From positions 1,739-65,738 of the forward strand of contig ONPM01000004.1 of the NCBI GenBank assembly GCA_900319715.1: a stretch of DNA of 64,000 nucleotides, written 5' to 3'. Numbering within the stretch: position 1 is the stretch's first letter; every line of letters starts with the position of its first letter. Below the pieces are notes generated by a model. The model was not told the origin of the DNA. It saw only the letters and a program-made list of their open reading frames with translations, and did no database searches. The position numbers and the translations under genes are program-made. Source of the DNA: an uncultured Prevotella sp. Lineage in GTDB: Bacteria; Bacteroidota; Bacteroidia; Bacteroidales; Bacteroidaceae. Positions 31,301 through 38,466 of this stretch are shown in pieces.

Positions 31301-34260
31301 CCTCCTTCAATAACTGTGGTAAGATTGCCCTCGACTGGCTTAGCTGCATTAAGACCACCAGCATAGAACTCCTTGATGTCTGCATTCTGTATCTGCCATA
31401 TGATATTACCGTCATTACCACCTGCCGTACCAATACCCTCCATAGCAGCACCGCATACGATGCCAAACTGACCGCCGTTGATGTAGCACTCGGCGTTGTC
31501 TGCGTAATTGTTCATACCGGAATTGGCTACATAAAGACCCGTGAGGTAGAACTCATCAAAATCGCCACCAGTAACCGAAATTGGAGAGTGCTTAGTTGGT
31601 TGGAATTGATTACCTCCGCTTGTTTGATTTTTATCTTGGTGACAGCCCGTGTGGAATTCCTTGAACCACACGTTACCACCTACATGAATATAGGGTATAT
31701 TATTTGATCTTCCTTTCTGATTGTAGCTTACCCATTGCTCCATGACACCGCCCTGCAGAATAATTGCGTCTGTTGAGGTTCTGCTGGAATGTTCGTACTC
31801 CATTTGTGTGACGCGGAAGAGGGCGGTGTTAGTTACTTCGAACCAACCTTTAAGGCACAAGATTCCTAAGTTATAGGTACCCGTTCCTCCAGTTGATTTC
31901 TGCGCCATGCCAAGACCAACAAGGTTCAGGAAATCCCATTTTAATGGATGCACATCATTGCGGTTATCATCTCGTAACATAAATGAATAATCCGGTTCAT
32001 TGTCACCATCAAGGTCTATGGTAGTAACAGTATATTTGTAATTGTCACCAATAGATTGTTTATCTCCCGTATATTGATGGACATTACCCACAAGCACTAC
32101 CGCATAATCGTTAACCGTGTTTGATGTAGGCTTATTGAGTCCATTTGCATCTTCAACAGCATTCTTAATAGAAGTAAAAACTTTCTGCGATTCACCAGCA
32201 ATTGAATAAGAAGAACCATTAGTATAGATTTGTCCGCCACCAACATTAGAGACATTCTTTCTGGTTTTCATATCCGTACTATATACCACATCAGCATACG
32301 AATCCGCCACATACGCTGCTTTCGCCCAATAAGGCTCAATGGTAATAGCCGTGACTCCTTCGGGTACATCCCAATAAGCACCTTGGTTGAAGACGCGATT
32401 GCTGCCACCACTCCCATAGAGGTCTTTATTGGTACAGTGGCGGTCTGCAAAATTGTAGGGTGCTTTGGTGATATTGCCGTCTGCATCTGCCGTCGCATCA
32501 TATTCGCCTTGCGTAAACGAGCCCGGCGTGCCACCCGTAATGCTGACAATCTTCCAACCCGTCACCACACGATAACCATTATAGTTTTTCGTACCTACAT
32601 CATTGTAATAAGGCAATTGCACCTTGCCGTAATTGAAGTTATAGTGGTCAGGGTCTTTATCAGTAATAGTCAATGTAAGTGACGATCTTGTAATAGTGGC
32701 TCCTGTTGGGGGACCAAATTCCTCACCACCAGAACCCATACGAATACTGACAGAAAGTGTGCCAAGCCGACCTCCTTTATTTCGTTCAGTTGTTGTAGGA
32801 GCATTCTCAGCATCAATATTCACGACCGAAGGATAATAGCCAGGGACTTTCAGAATGGGGAATGGACATTTACTATCCGCATCCAACTGCGAAGGCTCCA
32901 ACACCCATTTCATCATCTCCGTCATCTCGCTCTTATCCTTATGGTACGGGGTGCCCGTAACCCACCATTCAGCCAATTGTAGATGACTGTTCAGCAGATG
33001 ACGGAAGAACTCGAAGCGCTGCAGAAAGCGCGTCTCGGCCAGCAAAGCACAGTTATAGGTCTGTATGTCTGGATTATTATTTGTACCAGTTACATAAGAG
33101 GCACCTCCCCAGAAATAGTTGTAATTGCCAACACCATTATCACCTGCGTTAGAAATTTCCGTTCCATTATAGATAGGGGCCTTGTTTGAACCTCCGGTGA
33201 TGTCACCATAGAACATACAGTTCATCACCATTGTCTTTTGATTACCATTAGCAGAAGTGGTGGTTTGATTGTTATACCCGACAATACCACCCACATTCGT
33301 ACCACCCGTGATATTAGCATAGCTGAAACAATTGATGACACGCGCTGTACCGTCAAGAAAACCCACAAGGCCACCCACATAGCGGTCGCCACTAACGGAA
33401 CTGCCACTAAAACCGGTTATCTTTTTCGCATCCTCGGGATCATTCCTAACGACACTCGTTGGCAAAATGCCACAATTATAGATACGCGAAGTTCCTTCCG
33501 CCTTACAACAGATAGCACCTGCATCACCATCGCTGTCGCCACTACTGATATTTACACCTTCCAAAATGACATTCTTCACCGTACCATCATTGATTGTGGC
33601 AAACAACGGGGTCGAAAGCTTTTTAATCTTAAAAAGACCGCCATCGAGAGTGCCAGAGAATGGTAACGGGTTATTATTCGCATCTTTGAAATCGAAACCA
33701 TCGAAGCCTGAAGCATCAATATCTGCTACCATTTCGTATTGTTTATTCGGGTCGGTAATCTCAGATAATGATCTGATAAACTTGATATTTTCATCAATTG
33801 TTCCTTGCTTAAATGCGACTTTTACATAAGCTGCCGTATAAGCTGCCGGCAAAACAAATGAATACTTGTTACTACCTTCACCAGTAATATCCAATGGGTC
33901 TTCCATCAAGTCTGGGGTTCCTGTACGAGTTGTACTTATATTTTTTACAGGCACAGCCGTGATCAGGTTTTCAGAAATAGAATAGCCTGTTGGAGGGGTA
34001 ATTGTTAAAGTCACTTTTTTCCCGTCTGTGTCAGTGTCATCGACAACTTCGCTAACGACAATAGTTCCTCCGATATTACTGGGAGTCTTGTCCACATAAA
34101 CAGTTATGCCGTTTACTGGGTCAAGCTTCTCATAAGCCCACGCTTCACTCGCTGTACCCACAAAGAGTGCCAGCATAATGAAAAGGATTCGTATGTATCT
34201 TATTGTACTCATATTTTGTTTTATACCTTGTACCATATTGTTTACATTTATCTCTTTCAT
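22357..34260 (-). CDS. N-terminal segment (3967 aa) of the same giant VYGGG-repeat protein; start may be 34212
   Basis: Signal peptide (ILFIMLALFVGTASEAWA), an Ig-like first domain, a GLUG-like region (FSGTLDG, VGGLVG, VGGIVGYN), then VYGGG repeats; ends abruptly in mid-module. Confidence 0.85.
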   Translation of the reverse strand: MKEINVNNMVQGIKQNMSTIRYIRILFIMLALFVGTASEAWAYEKLDPVNGITVYVDKTPSNIGGTIVVSEVVDDTDTDGKKVTLTITPPTGYSISENLITAVPVKNISTTRTGTPDLMEDPLDITGEGSNKYSFVLPAAYTAAYVKVAFKQGTIDENIKFIRSLSEITDPNKQYEMVADIDASGFDGFDFKDANNNPLPFSGTLDGGLFKIKKLSTPLFATINDGTVKNVILEGVNISSGDSDGDAGAICCKAEGTSRIYNCGILPTSVVRNDPEDAKKITGFSGSSVSGDRYVGGLVGFLDGTARVINCFSYANITGGTNVGGIVGYNNQTTTSANGNQKTMVMNCMFYGDITGGSNKAPIYNGTEISNAGDNGVGNYNYFWGGASYVTGTNNNPDIQTYNCALLAETRFLQRFEFFRHLLNSHLQLAEWWVTGTPYHKDKSEMTEMMKWVLEPSQLDADSKCPFPILKVPGYYPSVVNIDAENAPTTTERNKGGRLGTLSVSIRMGSGGEEFGPPTGATITRSSLTLTITDKDPDHYNFNYGKVQLPYYNDVGTKNYNGYRVVTGWKIVSITGGTPGSFTQGEYDATADADGNITKAPYNFADRHCTNKDLYGSGGSNRVFNQGAYWDVPEGVTAITIEPYWAKAAYVADSYADVVYSTDMKTRKNVSNVGGGQIYTNGSSYSIAGESQKVFTSIKNAVEDANGLNKPTSNTVNDYAVVLVGNVHQYTGDKQSIGDNYKYTVTTIDLDGDNEPDYSFMLRDDNRNDVHPLKWDFLNLVGLGMAQKSTGGTGTYNLGILCLKGWFEVTNTALFRVTQMEYEHSSRTSTDAIILQGGVMEQWVSYNQKGRSNNIPYIHVGGNVWFKEFHTGCHQDKNQTSGGNQFQPTKHSPISVTGGDFDEFYLTGLYVANSGMNNYADNAECYINGGQFGIVCGAAMEGIGTAGGNDGNIIWQIQNADIKEFYAGGLNAAKPVEGNLTTVIEGGYIKQFCGGPKFGDMNIGKTVKTTAKDCTFDTFYGAGYGGNSYNRYAPSNINNINGDYGTNNWNTFLNNNYKKNYKEGYGVSVTYSTQYLPMSNNYQNVARLLVDYVSFSLAKTRDVTSKLTGCTINKNFYGGGNLGMVDGPVTSTLTDCTVTESVFGAGYSGTLPKVEVRNTGNFVKAPFYNQNLGTYFDPDVPGSEEYTWEHVASVTSSNAIDTNGKKLRTDKDLTTLGTVTGQVTLNIEGTTTVGGCVYGGGAESDVQYKDDDIIKTASTRVNVNGGTISKDVYGGGMGEKTVVANDVEVNIGKAPEGNETAYTGSATIKGSVYGGSAFGAVNARSTKAPDGNVTEYYPQNGKTTKVNVLKGTVNGSVFGGGLGQRGTNSENPGIAANVYGPVTVTVEGGTAGKVFGCNDQNGAPQSTVAVLITNTAAPTTEIPNPIGSVYGGGNLADYTGSPTVRMDNGTVGYLYGGGLGSSAIITGNTSVTLTNGTVKNDVYGGGEEASVTGTVTVNIQGGTVTNDVYGGGALADTNTANWVSGNLVYSYLPVTGLTTGTSSVDGYYTLSEGVYSPASGKAAANTDYYEMQNTTAVNLVAGTINGNVYGGGLGRKAKAAVDGQPAQGTEGDEGYVPAVPAQAAVTAVEALVYGNVTLKLNDGVDPAAKGCVVKGKLFGCNNVNGTPKGNVEVHVYATQSATTDKIQTKARNKTASPITGAYDVVAVYGGGNEAAYVPESPYNGTTGSKSQVIIEGCNYTSIETVYGGGNAAAVPESNVQVLGAYEIGYVYGGGNGKDNLSDGTANPGADIGQYNNNGTLVTYGTGIPSTTLTAGYIHEAYGGSNQKGVIKGSINLVTNPIESSATGYCCDLALEKVVGAGKYADIEGDVILVMGCMPESKTAEVFGGADEANVKGNVELTITSGTFGKVFGGNNLGGAILGHIILNIEETGCHPIKIDELYLGGNQAAYSIYGYYDSGTTNAVGKPVYLPRTSASDAHTAVTNPATDANHSFPYAQPVLNVISCTYIGKVFGGGLGVPATMYANPTVSINMIPGTFASSIPSTTDNPNKLGEIGTVYGGGNAADVVGDPTVNIGTAATVDLVSTSTTGNTVLGAYITGNVFGGGMGKDDTFTCEKAMVGKDGDGINNPDGGTTVNIGNGIVMGNVYGGGEIGRVEKNTVVTIGLESGTGTPVIKGDVFGGGKGLETHGYAALVRGNPTVTIQGKAKIGHNVYGGGEIASVARYKVPKTPEEVAAAIAEGYDAVLDMPYVLADPDHPSGKCKVIVKGDAEIGPDNMQMTKADGPDDMGHVFGAGKGILPKEYSYTAEDDANMPKRMINENGENKWQYFHSQEDYITFIQTLALSSYTEVSIEGNAFVKGSVYGGSENGLVQFDTKVYIKNGQIGNGDGVNGRYSDSDWSSESLAECASWKYGIEEGEGDNKKTIYAPYDPYANATGDLDQYSSGKSTAGGRRVASDGHTFYGNVFGGGSGSVPYFDTTEGISKYLPSAGLVRGDSYVEISGGHILTNVYGGNEATNVLGTAHVTMTGGSIGVPRTAQQIKDHPVTCYLFGAGKGDQRIYFNKETNVKDAIVKVEGGRIYGSVFGGGEDGHVLRNTSVTIGKTDGAGPTIGTVGSTYVDGNVFGGGRGFGGEALTAGNVGGSVDLTINGGTMLGSIYGGGRLASVGYGLYLTTEKGFGANNDDGYGKMQDDGYSDWTKGEDGQYTRTEISGFKRGYITVTVNGGTIGKEFANDAEGEHSGNVFGGSMGRLTKLDGTPFDRADHWALLATAKSTTVNINGGTIKRSVYGGGEMGTVTTNATVNVSGGTIGTSGKGGAEFGNVYGGGKGYVDPAGSNYVTAGIIKGNTKVTINSGTNGEPKIYHNIYGGGAYGSVGTITYGNATYIPNQTAAVSNMPTAWERAAEGTTQVNTGTAEVYVYGGTIGTNGDENGMIFGSSRGDVGAPNSIHDKLAWVYDANVVIGTSSSNDGPQIRGSVYGSGENGHTFNDAKVTLHSGTIGISSGETIGSYSGAAYPYRGNLYGGGCGTDQYDSNNDGTEDSYNALAGVVYGDTQVTINGGQVVRNVYGAGAMGSVGKTVTTEGVSKTTGGLATISISGGQIGVDGTAGDGNVFGAARGDADATSNEFALVRKETRVSVTGGNVKGNVYGGGELGCVGTYTMSSNMRTFTWQDTDCTPNTAGNSKNTGLCNVTINGSSAVVKGNVFGAGKGKDDTFWCEKGIAYSTDVSVINGTVNGNVYGGGEVGRVETDAKVKIGIAPGEGGVKSEPTINGSVFGGGAGVETHGYSALVRGNTTVTVDQYAHVGHSVYGGGEIASVGKYGLDEHKMPSILQGGGYCYVTVKGNAAIADDVYGAGKGVTPHFDKDNTDQSKRSRRMTLKNEWESLAGDARFDWDYFQTESDYSTYLETLALATHPEVTIDESANISGSVFGGGELGLTKGSVIVTIKGGTIAEDVYGGGSLANTNTTSTVDLDGDGKTETVHPTTKVSLLGGTIEGDAYGGGLGRKEYGTKGQAGYESPVEATVFGDVLVELNNNNNGGDADGSKKGCAVTRVFGCNNLNGTPKGKVKVYVYATQKKGAANLSTKADKNTNTYDVRAVYGGGNLSPYEPDDALWVDADDYAANKAKVDAARPEVTIDGCDLTSIETVYGGGNAAPVPATYVVVERCYEINEVFGGGNGADDYSLTNGTNTVWYKNPGANVGYYDYTRLVTDQDKDEDGKFIGTGSGTEADPYKNIDKENARTKVNRQYPDNHYMYGSGIATTEIKGGTIHTVYGGSNSRGNVRTKLSSSYSGMFDDCPMVINTTYGSGKNAESDGEVEVLSDCAKGISVMFGGAENADVDNDINLIITNGSSLQRVFGGNNTSGAINGSITVTIKEGGCEPIRIGELYAGGFLAPYSIYGYKKTNGVYDTEEVEYFDENDNTVKKKLQRIPLESASEDVTPKANPRINVISATRIDNIFGGGYQAKLVAG

Positions 34261-34271
34261 AGGTTTATTGT

Positions 34272-37200
34272 TTACTTTACTACTACCTTTTGGCCGTTCT
34301 TGATATACAGACCTTTCTTGGTGGGCTTACCGTTAAGGCGGCGACCATCGAGAGAGTACCATCTGTCAATAGCTGTTCCTGTATTATCATATTCTTTGAT
34401 TCCATCAATATCGGTTGTCTCATCAATGACGATACTCAGTCGCACACCAGCAGCTGATCTGCTTGGTGGATTTGGATTGTCAAAATAGAAACTACCTGCT
34501 TCCAGTGTACCTTCTGTGGTAAGTACGAACTTCCCTAAATAGAACAAAAAGACCTTACCAAAGGTTACTTGCAAGCCCTCAGTTCCTGACACTCTTTTTA
34601 AAATATTCCCACTGGTATCAGCCTCATCTCCCGTTTCAACCTGAATTGGGGTTGCTGCGACACCAGCAGTGGTCTTTAGATCTGTTCCTTCCAGATCCGT
34701 CAGCAACAAAACTGGCTTGTCTTTCGGAGCATAGGCAATCTTAGACAACACCACCTTATTCTTAGTCAGATTCACGTCAGTCACAATATATACATCCTTA
34801 CCGGAAATCACCAAATCCGTCGACGGCTGGAAAGCAGCTAAGTCCTTAACATTCTCACCTGTATCAACGCCTGTATTATAGAAATCCAAGACGATTCGCA
34901 TTACCTTCGCTTCATCTTTATAGTTTCCTATTCCTTTGATAGTCCACAGCTGATTTCCGTCTTCCTCAACAGGTCCTGAGACAGTGAAATCCGTATCTTC
35001 CGTGAGACCTGTAATAGTAACAACATTATTATTATCCACATTGATAATAAGGCCATCAGCAGGCGTTGTACCATCACCAATGCTTTTGGGAGAGATGGTA
35101 AAATCGGCAGTTGCCTCACCCGCTAAATAGTTAGTTGTGGTGGCAATTATAACCTTCACCGTATAACTTCCTGCATCTGTAGGCTGAGTCTCTGTATAGG
35201 TGTCTTCTGCAGTTTCTTTTACCTTGTACATATAAGTCACAGCACCATTTTCTGTATTGCCTGTAACCGATGGTATTGCAGCTGTCTCACCATAAGTCCA
35301 GCCGTCGAGAGTCACAGATGCTACCAAAGTTGCCTTTGCTATCGCGAAGTCTGATGTTACTGTCGCTGCCTCGTAATTGGTTGTGGCAGCAATGCTAGCT
35401 TTCACAGTATATGTGCCGGCATCTGAAGGTTGAGTCTCTGTATAGGTGCCATCATCTGCATCTTTTACTTTGTAGGTATAGGTCACTGCGCCATTTCCTG
35501 TGTTCTCTGTCACCGATGGTGTTGCAGCTGTCTCGCCATAAGTCCAACCAGATAGGGTAACAGATGCAGTCAATATTGCCTTTTCAATAGTAAAGTCTGC
35601 TGTTGCTGAGGCAGCCTCGTAGTTGGTTGTTGCAGCAATGCTAGCTTTCACAGTATATGTGCCGGCATTTGTGGGTTGAGTATCAATATAGGTACCATCA
35701 TCTGCATCTTTTACTTTGTAGGTATAGGTCACTGCGCCATTTTCTGTGTTCCCTGTCACCGATGGTGTTGCGGCTGTCTCACCATAAGTCCAGCCGTCAA
35801 GGGTGACAGTTGGTGTAATGCCAATCTTGGCAATCGTGAAATCCTGAGTGTTGACAACTGGCGGCGTATAGTTGCCTGCCTTATCACCAGTAAAAGACGA
35901 TGCTGTGGCCGTATAGCTACCAGCATTAATTGCTTTTCCTTCCGTAAGACTACTACCCTCCTTGGCCGTTGTGGTCACGGTAACACCTATTTCATCACCA
36001 TTTACCATCCCTGAAGCATTGGCTGTTAGAGCATGAGCCTCACCATCATAATCGAAGGATGTAGGTGTGCTCCAAGTAAGTTCCACCTCTTTAGGATTAA
36101 CCGTTAACGTTCCTGGAACAAAAGTGATATTGTAGTTAGTTGCTGTCAGACCACTGGGCGTAATGGTGTAATTGCCCGCATCGCCATACTGAGTATAATC
36201 ACAGGCATAGGCAAGCGTTCCTTCAAGAACAGTTTCGTCCTCAGTGCTGGCAAAGCCTTCATACTCCACTCCTCCGTTAGCAGGTTCATCACCATAGATA
36301 ATTGTCTTTGATTTAGCAGTGACTGTCAATATTCCTTTGGTGATAGTGAAGGTTGCTCCTGTGAACGTAATGGTGTAATTGCTACCTGCAGACAAATCTC
36401 CTTGTTGAATAGCATAAGTGCCCATCGTCTCACCAGCTTCGCGAGCCAATGCTCCTGTAATAGTATTGCCCGACACAAGAGTCTCCGGCTCCATCGTATA
36501 AGTCAGCGTAGGATCAGCAGTACCATACGCTTTTTCCATATTATTTGCAACAATAGCAAGAGAAGCTGGTGAAATCGTGAAATCAGCGGTATTAGCAGCT
36601 GGCAGCGTATAGTTGCCTGCTTTTTCACCAGTAAGAGACGATGCTGTAGCTGTATAACTGCCGGCGTTAATAGCATTCCCGTCTGTAAGACTACTTCCCT
36701 CTTTAGCTGTTGGTGTTACAGTAACACCCACTACGTCACCATTCACTAAATCTGCATCGTTGACATTAGCAGTGGGGGCATGACTACTACCATCATAAGG
36801 GAAGGATGTTGGAGTACTCCATGTAAGGCCAACCTCTTTAGGGTTAACAGTCAACGTACCATTAACAAAAGTGATATCGTAATTATCATTAGATAATCCA
36901 CTGGGTGTAATGGCATAATCACCCGCATCACCATATTGTTCATAGTTGTAGTCATAGGCAAGCGTTCCTGTGAGTACCGCAGAGGTTTCCGTACCAGCAA
37001 ATTCACCGTATGTCACACCATCATTAGCAGGCGCATCGCCATAGGTAATTGTCTTTGGATTAGCTGTGATGGTCAAGGGCTTTGGACTGATGGTGAAAGT
37101 TGCGGAGCCATATACAATAAAAGTACCACCTGTCGCGTTGGTAATCGTGACTGTAGCATCTCCTGCGTCGGTATTATCGTTGTAACCAACGGTATATTCA

Positions 37201-38282
37201 TCGGAAGAAATGGTAGTATTGCCATCTTTTACAGTGACAGTCGGCTCTTGTGCTGAGCCATTATATGTAAATGATGAAGGATCCAAAGTGACAGTTGCAT
37301 TGGGCACAACTCGTATACTGGAAATACAAGTTGGCAGATTATCTTTTACCGCTATCGCCTTAAGGTTGACAGCATTATCTGGCATATCAACTTGAAGAGG
37401 GGCAGTTCCACTTCCATTCTTGTGCGTTGTTGTGGGACTACTATCATCAGTGGTATAATAGATGGTCATATTCTCCTCCGAATGGCTTATCGTTATCTCG
37501 TCCTTAGAAGAAGAGCTAAAAGTAGGGCGAGGAAAATATTCCTCAAGATAGAACCTTCCAGTACCTTGATTTTCAGCAGCTCCATTAGTCCAAAGACCAA
37601 TAATGCCACCTGTCTCAATGTCATTTACTTTGTCATCTTTTCCTTGGAAACTATCTTTGTTTCCTTTATTGATATTTAGATATTTTCTTTCCTTGTTGGT
37701 GCTCGTGTCTATATATGTATCATTATCATCAGCATATTTAGAAAATATTTCATAAGATTTTGACGAGGAGTGATAGTTGATAGCAAACAACGCATAATCA
37801 TCGTCTTCTGGATTATCCTCAAGGTGAACACGTACACGTCCCTCATTGGAAAAATATGCATCGTTGTAAGTCAGGTATTGACTACCGTGTTTGATATAGT
37901 AATAATTCAATGTAGGATGTTTCTGGATAACCCAGATGGCTTTACTTTCATTCTCTTCAGTAGCCCGACATTTGTAGGTGGTCAGAAATGGTTTGTCATT
38001 AGGTGTGCTAGTGTATTCGGTTGTATTATCATAATACCATTCTTCCGTAGGACACAGATAGTAATTTTCAGCAGGATTTTCACTATGAGTCACAGTGGCA
38101 ATATAATACGTTCCTGATAAGTCCGTCTGTCCCCACGTCGTGGAAGCTCCTGCGGTTATCATCAGGAGCAGGAGCATCGTCCTTAAGAATCGGGAGAGCC
38201 AGGGGGAAGGGGAAGAAGAAAGAATCTCCCGCTTACCTATCATCTTATCTTGTGACATCATTTTCACCATATCTTGGGTCAT
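34272..38282 (-). CDS. Secreted multi-repeat (MBG/Ig-like) protein with T9SS C-terminal signal
   Basis: Signal peptide; repeats such as KTITYGD..GDYAITPSGL..NYDITFV.GTLTV and TYGE..PSVTG..AGTYTVKA..NY; CTD WYSLDGRRLNGKPTKKGLYIKNGQKVVVK. Confidence 0.85.
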   Translation of the reverse strand: MTQDMVKMMSQDKMIGKREILSSSPSPWLSRFLRTMLLLLMITAGASTTWGQTDLSGTYYIATVTHSENPAENYYLCPTEEWYYDNTTEYTSTPNDKPFLTTYKCRATEENESKAIWVIQKHPTLNYYYIKHGSQYLTYNDAYFSNEGRVRVHLEDNPEDDDYALFAINYHSSSKSYEIFSKYADDNDTYIDTSTNKERKYLNINKGNKDSFQGKDDKVNDIETGGIIGLWTNGAAENQGTGRFYLEEYFPRPTFSSSSKDEITISHSEENMTIYYTTDDSSPTTTHKNGSGTAPLQVDMPDNAVNLKAIAVKDNLPTCISSIRVVPNATVTLDPSSFTYNGSAQEPTVTVKDGNTTISSDEYTVGYNDNTDAGDATVTITNATGGTFIVYGSATFTISPKPLTITANPKTITYGDAPANDGVTYGEFAGTETSAVLTGTLAYDYNYEQYGDAGDYAITPSGLSNDNYDITFVNGTLTVNPKEVGLTWSTPTSFPYDGSSHAPTANVNDADLVNGDVVGVTVTPTAKEGSSLTDGNAINAGSYTATASSLTGEKAGNYTLPAANTADFTISPASLAIVANNMEKAYGTADPTLTYTMEPETLVSGNTITGALAREAGETMGTYAIQQGDLSAGSNYTITFTGATFTITKGILTVTAKSKTIIYGDEPANGGVEYEGFASTEDETVLEGTLAYACDYTQYGDAGNYTITPSGLTATNYNITFVPGTLTVNPKEVELTWSTPTSFDYDGEAHALTANASGMVNGDEIGVTVTTTAKEGSSLTEGKAINAGSYTATASSFTGDKAGNYTPPVVNTQDFTIAKIGITPTVTLDGWTYGETAATPSVTGNTENGAVTYTYKVKDADDGTYIDTQPTNAGTYTVKASIAATTNYEAASATADFTIEKAILTASVTLSGWTYGETAATPSVTENTGNGAVTYTYKVKDADDGTYTETQPSDAGTYTVKASIAATTNYEAATVTSDFAIAKATLVASVTLDGWTYGETAAIPSVTGNTENGAVTYMYKVKETAEDTYTETQPTDAGSYTVKVIIATTTNYLAGEATADFTISPKSIGDGTTPADGLIINVDNNNVVTITGLTEDTDFTVSGPVEEDGNQLWTIKGIGNYKDEAKVMRIVLDFYNTGVDTGENVKDLAAFQPSTDLVISGKDVYIVTDVNLTKNKVVLSKIAYAPKDKPVLLLTDLEGTDLKTTAGVAATPIQVETGDEADTSGNILKRVSGTEGLQVTFGKVFLFYLGKFVLTTEGTLEAGSFYFDNPNPPSRSAAGVRLSIVIDETTDIDGIKEYDNTGTAIDRWYSLDGRRLNGKPTKKGLYIKNGQKVVVK
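35090..35835. repeat. Three tandem 246-bp (82-aa) intragenic repeats
   Basis: GCTGTCTC(A/G)CCATAAGTCCA recurs at 35281, 35527 and 35773; boundaries are approximate. Confidence 0.85.
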
Positions 38283-38341
38283 AGCCTTGTTTCTTTATCG
38301 TTCTATACGCATTTGCTTGCGTTCATATTATATAATACGAA

Positions 38342-38375
38342 TGCAAAAGTAAAAAAATAATCGCGATTGCGCAAA
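38342..38375 (-). promoter_or_regulatory. Canonical Bacteroidota promoter for the 1336-aa gene and probably the downstream giant gene
   Basis: TTTG (38372-38375), a 20-nt spacer, then TACTTTTGCA (38342-38351) on the - strand. Confidence 0.65.
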
Positions 38376-38466
38376 TGTTTGCGTTAAAAAATTGTTAAAA
38401 GAACCATTTAAGCGGCAAAATACCGGGTAGTTTTTGTGAATTTTCCTGCCATCCTGCACTTCTGGC

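Noticed and set aside
16008-34260. Autotransporter or two-partner secretion (CdiA/FHA-like) assignment
   Set aside because: There is no C-terminal beta-barrel, no TPS domain or TpsB partner, and no toxin-immunity pair.
35032-35040. DnaA box TTATCCACA / oriC near dnaA
   Set aside because: It is a single intragenic match. The gap downstream of dnaA is filled by the palindromic repeat and has no box cluster.
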